A stretch of 64,000 bases of DNA. It comes from Eledone cirrhosa (lineage: Eukaryota). Below, one piece after another: positions 37,873 through 49,850 of this stretch; position 1 is the first letter of the stretch, and each line of letters opens with the position of its first letter. The DNA lies in the NCBI GenBank assembly GCA_964016885.1, contig OZ024741.1, positions 359,662,001-359,726,000 of the forward strand, written 5' to 3'. The position numbers and the translations under genes were made by a program. The notes below the pieces were generated by a model. The model saw nothing but the letters and a program-made list of their open reading frames with translations. It did no database searches and was not told where the DNA came from.

Positions 37873-40461
37873 CATGCATTGAGAGAGATATGCAGCCATT
37901 CAATAGCCTAAGATTTCCTTGTATCCTTTAGAAGTGTATATTTTTGCTGTTATTTTCTGACTAAACTGGCTGACATTTACATGACACTGCTGGCTTAATT
38001 TGTATTATTATGTACATTTTTGTATGTCATAGTTCACAGCAAAACAGACTAAAAAAATATCCATATGGGAAAGTTTGCTTTCATTTATCAGTTGATATAT
38101 TTCATCATCTTCCTCATAATCATTTTTATTTTAAATATATTTTTTGTGTTCACAATCTAGTTTGATTGATCAAAATGATATTAAAAGCAACTACTCAAAA
38201 TGTCAGATCAGTTATTGTACAGAACTATAAAGAAACTTCATCAAAATAAAGATTTTCTTTTAGAAGTTGACAATTTTAAGAAAAACTGATTTAAGAAAAA
38301 AGGCTATCTTAAAATTTCACAGGGAAAAAAAAAGATTCAAAGACAACAGGCAAATAAAATGCTTACAAAGAAAAAAAAAATTATAGCTCACACCTATGCA
38401 GGTTTAGCTGGCCACCTATGATGTTGCATCTCATAGCTTTGTCGGGTGCTTTAATGATAGAGGGCCCCAGTCCTATCATGAACAGCAATGTAAAATAAAT
38501 GTCTTGCTCAAGAATGCAAAGCATCACCTGGTCTGGGAATGGACCCCACTTAGCAATGAACCTTCACACAATGACTGTACACGAGTAAAAAGTATAACAG
38601 AAATGTCTGAAAAAAAATGGGGCACAGTTTCAGAACAGATTTCAAAAAAGTAAAACTTTAAATCAGAATGAGAGATTAAACTTTCTTACATCAAACCACT
38701 TAAAACTACTCCTGGTTTTGCGATAGAAAACTATCTATATCAAAATGTTTATATTTATCTAAAAAGCTTCCATCATAAGTTTATGTAAGAACCTTTGTAA
38801 TATTCCAAATACCAGATTAAAAACAAGAAAATTTAATCATATTACTAAATCCCTCAAATTCTTGATTATTTCCATAATTATTTGAAAATCATAGGCAGTG
38901 TCTTTCATTAGGTATATGGTAATGAAAGGGTTAAAATTTTAACTGACAATGTTAGGTAGACAATGACTACAACACAAGCAGATACACTGAGTCTGGTATC
39001 TGATTTGTGTTACTCTGATCATTATTTCCAAGTATCTATATGAGAAGATATGTAAAAATGGACACAAATAAAAAAAAAAAATTATATCTGCAGATGATTC
39101 ATTGATTTCAGCAAAATATCACCAAATATTCTTGTATTTTGAGTTAGTTCAAAGGAATACATTCAGACATATGCACACACACACATGTATATATTATGAA
39201 AAGGTATGTAAAGCCTACAGTTAAACTTAAATTGTTTTGATGATTTTAAAGTATAAAGTAGAATAATGGTTTTACTAGACTCAGTAACATCTTATCCATA
39301 TATATATATTTATATAGACAATATAAATTTCACAGCAATTGACCAGTTCTATTTCAGTGGAGAATTATCCAACAGGATGCCCTTCTGAAATGGAACTGGT
39401 CAATCATTGGGTAATTGTACTGTTTATACTCTCAATAAAAATACATACTCAACTTATGTATTGAGTTCTCTTTCTTAGAAAGGTAGCCATTATTTGTATT
39501 ATTCATATTACATACACACATACATATTTGCAAGAGGTAACTAGATGAAACTGCCGAGCTCGCAGTAAATCCTCTACTTTCACTTATATATCTATACACA
39601 CACACACACACACATACACATACAAATTAAACTTGAGGCTAAATCTTGAAGGAAATAAGATGGAAGAAGTCAACAAAGAAGGAAAGTAAAAGCCCTTAAC
39701 TCTTATGGAGTAGTAGGGGTGTTGTAGTGATATACAGCCTGTCTTGGGTATTTAAATCTGGTAGAGCCCATCCCTTCCTAGGTCTGAATACAGCCAATTT
39801 CTTCCAGAGAAGGAGAGAAAATAAGAGAAAGTGATAGAGGAAGAATCAACCCCAGTACCGGACTGATACTTTACCAACCTTGAAAGGATGAAAAGCAAAG
39901 TTGACCTCGACAGTGTCTGAACTCAGAGCATAGTGAGCCAGAACAAATACTGAGGCATTTAATCCTATGCCCTAATGTTTCTACCAATTTACTGTGTATA
40001 GATAGAAAACAGGAGGCAAATATTAAGGAAGTGTGTGTGTGTGTGTGTGTGTGTGCGTATGAAAGGCAAGAGGGCACTGAACACTCAGTAGTTAACATAG
40101 GAACAAAGCAGGACAGGGAAAATATCCACATAACTAAAGAAATAGCTGCTGTTGAAATGATTGTAAAATGAAGTAAAGTTAAAGCACATAAATTCTATGT
40201 TGGCTTTTGTAGTAATATTTTACAATTAGAAGGGAATAATAGAAATTGTTTGCCCTGAAATACTTAAAAGCATTTTAAAATATCCTAAATTGGTTTTTAA
40301 AAAAAAAATATTCCCATATGTTTCAGTTTGCAGTCCATGAATCCAAAATAGATGTTCAACTGAATCGGTCAGAATCTTTTGTATTACATCTTCTTAGGCC
40401 ATTAACGTTGACTATTGGTAATGTCATAAAAGACTTTCTCCAGATGCTTGATCTGTGATGG

Positions 40462-40533
40462 TTATTCTTCCAAAAGGGATGGCAGTAGCTGCTTCATTCG
40501 TCTATATTGGTCAAAACGGTTTTGGGCATATTC
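40462..40533 (-). CDS. CHKA: Choline kinase, last coding exon (EYAQNRFDQYRRMKQLLPSLLEE*)
   Basis: Pyrimidine-rich acceptor ttcttcag|, phase 0. The xYAxxRFxxY C-terminal motif is characteristic of choline/ethanolamine kinases. Ends in TAA. Confidence 0.88.
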   Translation of the reverse strand, partial: EYAQNRFDQYRRMKQLLPSLLEE

Positions 40534-41123
40534 CTGAAGAATTGAAAAAAAATGTAAATATACTAATAAAATAAATTAAATAAAGCAATCAATAAAATAC
40601 CTAAAACAATAATTACATAAATCCTGCTAGCCTTAGCCTTTTTGATACTAAACCACTACTAGCTTTACACTATAAAACTTATTTTAAAATATATAAATTA
40701 AACTCTTTCATCATGATTTTCAGTAAAAATCTTTTGTAAATATATCTTCCAAACACCCAATTAATGAAAAAGCAATTTTACTAAATTCTAAATTCTTGAT
40801 TATTTTAAAATAACTTAGGTCATAAAAGCGTTTTTCTATCCATCTGATGCTAATATAATAAATACCAGTGATTTACTGAGGTAGATTTTATCGATTAAAT
40901 CCTCCCATTAAATTTCTGACCCCTTGTGCCTATGTTAGAAACAATTATGTTGGCCAGTTATCCGTTCATTTTAGAAAACTTATTAAAATCCTTACTACTA
41001 GTAATGTCACTGTGTTATACATGTAAGCTCGGCACATAACTCTGCTTGCAAGGTATATAACTCAGCTAGCAAGGTATATAACTCAGCTAGCAAGGTATAT
41101 AACTCCATTTACGTTTATTATGT

Positions 41124-41307
41124 GGATTGGCAGTATCGGTAGAGGGTCGGACGCCCTGCTTTGACGCAGAGTTACGGCCCTTTCTATTCTGAATTCAAAT
41201 CCCGCCGAGGTCAACTTTGCTTTTCATCCTTACGAGGTTGATAAAATAAAGTACCAATAATGTACTGGGTAATTGCGGGCCTTGTGCCAAAAGTAGAAAC
41301 AATTATT
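41124..41307 (+). mobile_element. SINE (family A), intronic
   Basis: Family-A consensus match. Confidence 0.85.
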
Positions 41308-42137
41308 TGTTTATGTCTTAATTTAAAGGCTCAACAAAAGGATGTCAATAAAATAAGTACTAGGGTCGATAAGATCTACGAAATCAATTGTATGCGGTGC
41401 CCTAACATAATCGCAATCATGACTGAAACTAGTAAAAGAACAAAAAAACAAAAAAAGAAAGAAATCCATTACCTATTGTGTTTCCCTATTTGTTTTTTTT
41501 TAAAGAGAAATTATGATCTGAAAGAGATTTGACTTAATTTCAGGAAGAGCAGGCTGTTTTTATCTGTCTGGTGGCCATGCAAAAGAGGTTGAATGGTAGA
41601 CATGTGTGAAAGGGTTGAGGATCAGCACTTTCCTCTTTGGCGAAGCCCTGATTAACTTTTTTAAGTTTCACTTGAAGAGAAAAATCAGAGTAGAGAGGGA
41701 AGTGCTGCTTTCCAAGTTGTTTGTTGAAAGGTGGGTGAAAAAGGCAAGCAGGGCCCATGTGAATGGGTCAGCTCTGAGTGTGCATTTGTAAATTGAAGGA
41801 CAATTAGGACAGGACACTTGCCTTAGAGATCAGGGTACCCAGTTTTATGGAATTTTTTCTATGAGCAGCCCTCGAATGTCTCTTCCCTATTGACGAATTC
41901 CTGTTTAATTATTTATTGTTACCTTTCTTTTTAGTAGTGTTAAATCTGTTTACATGCAAAACCCACACACCAACACACACACACTATGTTTTCATCCTGT
42001 GCTGTCCTAATGTTTTCTTGATGTTAAACCTTGTGGTGAATAAAGAGATTATTATTATTATTTAAATATAAGAGAGTTTAAGAATCAATACAACTGAGAT
42101 ATGACCTCACCCAAAAGCTAGCTAACAATGAACTTAC

Positions 42138-42308
42138 CAAATATCCAAAGTTGATCTCTGAAGTCCTTGACTGCACAAGTGACCATAGTCCCCACATGAA
42201 GTGAGAAGCTAGTGTGAAGGAATTAGCTTCAATGTAAAGAGTCTTCAAGTCTTGATCAGTGATTTCGTTTTTAGAATACGTTGATAAGTATGCTTCAAAA
42301 AATTCGTA
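42138..42308 (-). CDS. CHKA: Choline kinase exon (YEFFEAYL...LYIEANSFTLASHFMWGLWSLVQSRTSEINFGYL)
   Basis: 171 nt, ag|...|gtaagt, phase 0/0; contains the ASHFxWGLWS...I.FGY motif. Confidence 0.93.
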
Positions 42309-43891
42309 CTTTACATGAAATAGAGCAAAGAAGAAAAAAACCCAGATTAATCATCTTTAAGTAGAGGTAAACAAATTCAAAGTAGGGAGTGCTAAAAATC
42401 TAATTAGAAATGCTTGTGTGATGAGGAAAACATGCAACATTAACTCTTCTTCTTTGTTCACTTATTCCTGTCAGAAGCAATTGTCTCCAATTGATCCAGC
42501 AGGATCCCCAAGTAAGACCATATTATCCAACCATATTGTTCAGGCTCTACCTCTGGGTCTCCTTCCAGTTGGCCTGTAATATCTATCCAGCGATTCTTTC
42601 CTGAGACATTCTAACCATATGCCTGTAGTGTCAGAGCTGTAATCTCTCAATTCAGAGAAGTAGCAGCTCTACCTGGAGCGAGTCTGATCTTCGAACTATG
42701 CACTCTATCGAGTAACATTACTAGAAAGACCCCTTGGAAGAAACCCATTTCAGCCACTTGTATTCGCAATTGCCTATGGTCATGACTCTTGGGTAATGAC
42801 TGAAAGAATACAATGGCTGGCATGAATACCAAATTGAAGATAGTGAGTTTGGATTTTACACCTTCCTCCCTTCTGATGATCAAATGCTGAAGTTAAGACA
42901 TGGGAGCATTAGGTCAATGACCAATATTATTTTAACCATTTCAACAAATATCGGAGACAATTCTGGACATGTTTGAAACTTATTGAACCTCTTGGGCAAA
43001 ACATGTTTTGGGCACATTAGACCTCCCTAGCAAAGCATAGATAGAATTATACTTGCTGAAAGAATCACTAAATAAGATTATGGTATTATAAACTGAGTAG
43101 GCGTGGAGAATTAGGATATTTAGAAAAATAAAAATAGAATTACTCAAGACACAATCTGCAGAACATCAAAAATCAATTTAGAAATACTAATGTATGGAGG
43201 AGAGAAGAACATTAGCTTATAAATAATATTTATCTTTTTTATACAGTTTATCACATTTTAGTTTAAAGAATATTTTTTCACCTAAGTTATGAATGCTGTC
43301 TATAACATCATCTATATAGTTTATCAGTTTTGTTCATAGTATATTTTCTATATGTCTATTGCTCAGCATTGTTTATTATTTTAAATAGTTTATCACAGTA
43401 TTGTTTATAACATACTTTCTATATTGTTTATCACAATATTGTTTACAATATATACTCTATACAGTTTATCATACTGTATTATACAAGAACAGATAAACTG
43501 TCAACTTAATTGAGAACATATCTAAGTTTGATTATTCTAGGCCTGGAAATATTGATGCTCTGCCTATAAAGTAGTCAGCATATATTTAGGGCCTCTGTAA
43601 GTCCTGTAAGACCAAGCATCTACATCTAGAAAGTTCCAATCCTAGGCACAAGCTTGGCAAGGTTTTTTTTTTAATGGAAGATCAGCAATTACTCATACTC
43701 TCCTCTCCATGCCAGCAATGTCGTCCAAGAGAAAGGCAAGGTAAAGTCAACTGGCTAGATCTGAACTCAGAACACAAAGTGCTGGAACAAATACTATTAA
43801 GCATTTAATCTGATGCCATAACAACTCTGCCAATTTTCTGCCTTTGGTAAACAATAGTAATTACTGTGATCATTATCATCATTTTAAGAGT

Positions 43892-44113
43892 GGTGGATTA
43901 GCAGTATTGGTAGAGCGTCAGACTCCATGCTTTGCAGCATAGAGTTATGGTCCTTTACATTCTGAGTTCAAATCTCGTCGAGGTTAGCTTTGTCTTTCAT
44001 CCTTACAGGGTGGATAAAATATAGCACCAGTAATACACTAGGGTCGATTTAATCACCCCCCCCCCCCCCAAAAAAAAAAAATTTCTGGCCTTGTGCCTAT
44101 AGTAGAAATCATT
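43892..44113 (+). mobile_element. SINE (family A, longer variant), intronic
   Basis: Family-A head and body plus an extra gggtcgatttaatc...C-run segment. Confidence 0.8.
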
Positions 44114-44396
44114 ATCATTTTAGATTTGTCTTCAGTGCTAGCATAGTTTGGACATGCCATCATGTTTCATAGCAAGACAAATTAGCTACGCATAGTTTGC
44201 TCATACATTACATACTTTGGCATGGTTTCTATGGCTGGAGGCACCTCCCAACACCAACCACTTTACAGAATCTACTAGGTGCATTTTATTGTGGCACAAG
44301 CACATTATGTACAGCTAACACTTCAATGGCACCTATGATACCAATACCACATTGGCATTGTTATTATATTGGTACGTTATAGACAGCTAAACCTAC

Positions 44397-44505
44397 CTGT
44401 TGTTTTTTAGACGGGTAACTTTCTTCAAAAAAAGCATAATAAGGAGGTTCATCCACATTATAATCATAACACCATTCCAAGAAGTGGTTGCCAAGATCAA
44501 ATCCC
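44397..44505 (-). CDS. CHKA: Choline kinase exon ((R)GFDLGNHFLEWCYDYNVDEPPYYAFFEESYPSKKQQ)
   Basis: 109 nt, ttcag|...|gtaggt. GFDxGNHFxEW is the choline-kinase motif (ethanolamine kinases read AYDIGNHFNEF). Confidence 0.93.
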
Positions 44506-44694
44506 CTGAAAAATATCCAAAATATATCTATTATGGATTGCCATTTATATATGCAGATCAATACAAATATATTTAAGAAATCCTTAATCAGAATTTTCTT
44601 TTTTTACACATTATGATCCAATAAAGGAAACTCTGTGGTCACTATCTGCTAGCTAGGAAAAATTCTAAAATCTTAAATAAAGAGAAGACAGATT

Positions 44695-45158
44695 CATCAT
44701 CATCATCATTTTACGTCCGTTCTTCCATGCTAGCATGGGTTATATGGGTTGTCCTGTTGTAGGCCGTGTCTGGTCGGCTGACCATGCCTTGCTCATACAG
44801 GAACTGATTTTGGTTTGATTTCTACAGCTGGATGCCCTTCCTAACACCAACCTCATTTACAGTGAGTGCTGGGTGCTTTTTTCCGTGGCGCCTACATGTC
44901 CACTTTACAGTGTGGGCTGGATGCTTTTTTGCCGTGGCACCTCTACGACCACCTTGCGGTGGGGTGTGTGGGGGCATATTATCTATATGCTTCAGCTTGT
45001 ACCCATGGGAGATCGGGTACTCTGTATTACTGCGTGACGCCAGAGGTCACGGTCGTGTGTCATCGCCTTTGAGGTGTAATTGGGTAAGGTCGGCTTTTAT
45101 CACCTCATCCCAGGTCTTGTTGGGTCTCCCCACTCCGCGGTTTCCATTGACTTCTAGA
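44695..45158 (-). mobile_element. RTE LINE 3' end, 5'-truncated
   Basis: Near-identical to 24983-25390 and to the reverse complement of 63806-64000. Confidence 0.88.
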
Positions 45159-45789
45159 TTACATAACATATTCTAGATATAGCATCCTAAAATGACAGGG
45201 TGGTCAGGGCTGGAATAACTTCAACCACAAGTCAGCATAATCAAGTTTGATCTGGAGCTAACATCATCATCATCATGTTTACACCGATTTTTCCACACTG
45301 GCATGGGTGGGATGGCACTTTTTGAGGCATTGTTTTACAGCCTGGTGCCATTCCTGACACTAACCCTTTCAGTTGCTTCTTACAACACACAAAGAGTGTA
45401 CCTATTCTAAAGCAGATACAAATGTTTAAAGAAATATTTAAGAAATCATCTTAATATAAAATTCATGACCATTTTGTTTATTTGTTGGTTTCCCTGTCTC
45501 TGGTGCTGGAAATAAAAAGAAGTGGTTGTACTAAAAGAATGTGTAAGAGAGACAAAGTATTATAATGAATAAATTAGATAAATAGATAGATAGATTAACA
45601 GAGCAGGAGGGTGAAAAGAAAAATAGCCTGCAGTCAGTAGCAATGGAGACAGGCAATCATAGGAGCAATAAATGTGGGGTGGGATGAGATAACAAAAGAG
45701 GAGAGGTGAAAAGAAGATAGAGCTTTACAATAGAAAGAAGGAATAAAACATGTAAGGCCATATAGAGAGTGGGTAAATCATATATATAT

Positions 45790-46345
45790 CTAGGTGACTT
45801 AATCAGCAGTGGAGGAGGGTGCTCAGAGCATAATATTTAGAATAAGGATAGGATGGAAGAAGTTTAAAGAGCTACTCCCACTGTTGGCAAAAAAAAAAAA
45901 GGCTTCTTCTTTCATATATGTGAAGTGTGATGCTGTATGGTAGTGAAACGTGGATATTGACTGCAGAGGACATATATAGACTGGAGAGAAATGAAGTAGC
46001 CATGCTTCGTTGGATGTGCAACATAAATGTGAGAGAAAGGCAGAGATAGGATGAGTTGAGGGAGAAGCTGGGTTTAAGAGGAATCCAAGGTAGTGTGCAA
46101 AAGAGAAGACTCATTGGTATGGACATGTGATGTATATGGATGATCATCAGTAGGTGAAGAGGTGCCAGGAAATGCCAGTGGCAGGAAGCCACAGTAGAGG
46201 TAGACTGAGAAAAACCTGGGCAGAGGTGGTGAGAGCTAATCTCAAATTGCTGAAACTCACAGAGGAGATGGCAAAGAAACGTGGTGAGTGGTGAAATGCT
46301 TTGATGTAAAGGACCTGCCCAACCCATGGAAAAGTGGAAGTAAAA
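45790..46345 (+). mobile_element. Degenerate RTE LINE 3' fragment
   Basis: RIRIGWKKFKELLPLLA and MLYGSETW motifs, with stops and frameshifts. Confidence 0.75.
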
Positions 46346-46346
46346 A

Positions 46347-46537
46347 TAATAATTGTTTCTACTATTGGTACAAGGCCAGCAATTACCCAGTACATTACTG
46401 GTACTTTATTTTATCGACCCCGTAAGGATGAAAGGCAAAGTTAACCTCGGCGGGATTTGAACTCAGAATGGCAAGGGCCGTAACTCCATGCGTCAAATCA
46501 TGGTGTCCGACCCTCTACCGATACTGCCAATTCACCG
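46347..46537 (-). mobile_element. SINE (family A), intronic
   Basis: Reverse-complement family-A match. Confidence 0.85.
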
Positions 46538-46567
<30 letters not shown>

Positions 46568-46576
<9 letters not shown>

Positions 46577-46772
46577 GTATGTGGTTGGCAGCTGAGTGAA
46601 AAGAGCACTCAATACCAAAATAGAGTTTTAATATTCATTTTATTAAGGCTAAATAGTGAGTCTTGTTACCCTGGAGTTTCACCTGTTTATCACATCATCT
46701 GATGACCCTGTGATAAACAGGTGAAACTCCAGAGTAACAAGACTCACTATTTAGCCTTAATAAAATGAATAT
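46568..46772. mobile_element. Fold-back mini-element (64-bp arms) with hammerhead core, inserted in (TA)n; PLE-terminus-like
   Basis: 46631-46694 is reverse-complementary to 46709-46772 (1 mismatch). CTGATGA at 46699-705, stem II cctg-tgataaa-cagg, GAAAC-TCCAGA-GTA at 46723-36. Confidence 0.75.
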
Positions 46773-47291
46773 ATATATGTGTGTGTATATATAGGTATAT
46801 ATGTATTAGATGCAGTGTACAAGAAAGAAGACTGCACTGGTATGGCATGTGATGTGTATGAAGAATGACATTGCATAAAAATGTGGAGAGCACTTAAAGT
46901 TGATGGAAAGTGTGGAAGAGATAAACCCAGAAAAACTAAGGATAATGTGGGAAAGGCTGACCTTATGAAGTTAAACTTCATGGAGACATGCTGTACTGCA
47001 GAAAACTCACCTTCCCAAATGAGTTGGGTGGAATGCCAGGTCAGGTGACCTTGTCATGCTCATACGGGAACTGATTCTGGCTTGATTTCTACAGCTGGAT
47101 GCCCTTCCTAACACCAACCTCATTTACAGTGAGTGCTGGGTGCCTACAAGACCACTTTACAATGTGGGCTGGGTGCTTTTTTGTCATGACACCTCCACGA
47201 CCACTTTGCAGTGGGAAGGGGAGGTGGCATATTGTCTATATGCTTCAGCTTCGACATACACACATATTTATATATATATATATATACATAC

Positions 47292-47376
47292 CTATAATTG
47301 TAAGCACAATACTCCCAGTCAATAACAGTTAACTTCTTTAGTGGATCAGCACAGGAGTCGAGAATTAATACATTTC
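47292..47376 (-). CDS. CHKA: Choline kinase exon ((G)NVLILDSCADPLKKLTVIDWEYCAYNY(R))
   Basis: 85 nt, ttttgcag|...|gtatgt, phase 1/2, in frame with the next exon; IDxEYxxxNxRGFD choline-kinase motif. Confidence 0.93.
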
Positions 47377-48241
47377 CTGCAAAAGAGAAAAAAGGAGAAA
47401 AATGATAGTTTATAATTTCATCTTTTTTTTTTAATTATCAATATCATCAATACTAGAAAATCTTCTAAATATTGTATTATTGTTTTTGCTATCATTGATA
47501 ATGCATGCTTTAAAATTATTTTTAGTGGGCAACATTCCCGATATGATAATTTAGAAAGATAGGTTTAGTAAAGGCTTTCCTTTCAGCTCTGAAACTTTTT
47601 GATACCAACCCACCTGAAACTGCCCCTGTTTCTATAATACAAAACTGCTTGTTTTAAAGAGTTCATGTTTATATCAAAACCTTCCATCATAATTTTATGT
47701 AAGAATTTTTTGTTAAGTAATGTTCCCTTCACCAGCTGAATATTGAAACAGTTTTTCTATAAAACTGAATTTTTTTAATTATTTTCAAAATCAATCGAAA
47801 TACAGTGGTAATATATCTTATTTGAATATGGCAACAAAAAGATTAAAGTTGAAAATGCCTCCCAGTTTAGCAGAGTCAAGTCATTTGGGGATCTTTCTGA
47901 ATTGCCATGTAAACTTTCTTGGTTTAAAAGTGCCAACAAACAAATTTACCTTTAAAGAAATGAGACTAGATAAAGGAATTAAAATCAGAGGTAAGACCAA
48001 CTTAGCTAGGAAAAATGGTGTCAGCAAAACTAAAAAAATACACAATAAAAAGGAGTCAAAAGTCATTAATCCCCCAGAATGATGTTTTAAGAATTAAAAG
48101 GTCAACAGAATTAGATACCCAAAGTAGTTATTACCCTTTTGACACCAAACTGCCTGAAACCACGCCATAGTCCTAAGATAAAACCATTTATATTTATCTA
48201 AATAGGTGACAAATTGGCAGAGTTGTTAGAATATTAGATAG

Positions 48242-48440
48242 AATACTTTGTAGTATTCACTCCAATACTTTGTAGTATTCACTCCAATACTTTGTAGTAT
48301 TCACTCCAATACTTTATAGTATTCACTCCAATACTTTATAGTATTCACTCCAATACTTTATAGTATTCACTCCAATACTTTATAGTATTCACTCCAATAC
48401 TTTATAGTATTCACTCCAATACTTTGTAGTATTCACTCCC
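48242..48440. repeat. 22-bp tandem repeat (~9 copies) inside a SINE head
   Basis: Unit aatacttt(g/a)tagtattcactcc, lying between aattggcagagttgttag and gagttcaaattc...gtcaactttgcc. Confidence 0.9.
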
Positions 48441-48777
48441 ATACTCTATGCTTTGAGTTCAAATTCAACTGAAGTCAACTTTGCCTTTGCTTCTTTTGAG
48501 GTCAATAAAAAAAAGTACCAATCCTGTATTGGGGTTAATTCTTTGATATGTTTTTCTCACCTCCTCACATTCTCTAGAAGAAATTGACAGTGTTCATATC
48601 TGGAGAGGAATGGGCTCTGTCAGACTTTAAATGCCCTAGAAACGCTGTATGCTACTATAGTACCCCTATAATTCCATCAGGAGTTAGAAGTTTATATATA
48701 TATATTTTTCTAAAACCCATTCCAACATAATTTTCCTTAAGAACCCATGTTAGGCTCCAAATCCCAACATAATAATG

Positions 48778-48990
48778 GTTTCTTATATAGGCACAAGGCC
48801 AGCGATTCTGGGGAAGGGGAAAGTCGATTAAATCAACCCAGTGCGTGACTGGTACTTTATTTTATCGACCCCGTAAGGATGAAAGGCAAAGTTAACATTG
48901 GCGGGATTCGAACTCAGATCATAAAAGGCCGTAACTATGCTGCAAAGAATGGCGTCCGACCCTCTACTGATAATGCCAATCCACTGCCCT
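48778..48990 (-). mobile_element. Full-length SINE (family A variant) with 22-bp TSD
   Basis: tccaaatcccaacataataatg at 48756-48777 and 48991-49012. Confidence 0.9.
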
Positions 48991-49599
48991 TCCAAATCCC
49001 AACATAATAATGAGAGAAGTGAGTTACATTATTAAATCCCTTCAAATTCTTCATTATTTTCAAAATCATATGCAGTGTCTTTCATTAGAAATATAGTAAT
49101 GAAAAGGTTAAGGTAAAGGTGTATCATACTGGTTAAGTGAATAGAATGTCAAATATTGAACTGAAGAATTTACAAGTTTCAATCCTGTTAGTGATAAAGT
49201 GTTGTGTCTGAGGCAAGGTCACATACAGAGATTCTGTAATGGCCACTCAACATAGTAAGAATAGTAGCCAAATTTCCTTAAAATCTTTTAAAGAAAGGAC
49301 ACATTAGATAATGTATTCCTAGATGGGGCCCTGAATGGTATTGCACCCCAACTCTTTATTTAGAAAATAGAGTTTATAAAAACATTTTGAAATATGTTTC
49401 TTGAAATCTTGACTTCACTAACTTAAACAAGAACAAAAATAAATTTAAAAAAAAACAAACAAACAAAAAAGTTAACCAAAGAAGCTGGTAAAAAAATTCC
49501 CTAATGAATTTGAGTGTCCACCCACAATGTTCTGAAGCCTCATCAAGCACTAGCCTGGTGATGGACCTGTCCTAGATACACTATATATGAAGGAGGGAG

Positions 49600-49850
49600 A
49601 TGGGATATAGTGTATAGAAATACAACAGGGAGTCAAGTGTAGTGTATAGAGAGATATGATACAAAAAGTGTAGTTTATAGGGAAATATAACATAGGAGGT
49701 GTAATGTATAGAGAGATATAGCATAGGAAGTGTAGCGTTTAGAGAGATATCACACAGGAAGTGTAGTGTTTAGAGAGATATCATACACGAAGTGTAGTGT
49801 TTAGAGAGATATAACATAGGGAGTGTAGTGTACAGAGATATTATAGCAGA
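49600..49850. repeat. Degenerate ~31-bp minisatellite
   Basis: Unit ~agagagatatcacacaggaagtgtagtgttt, about 7-8 copies. Confidence 0.7.
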
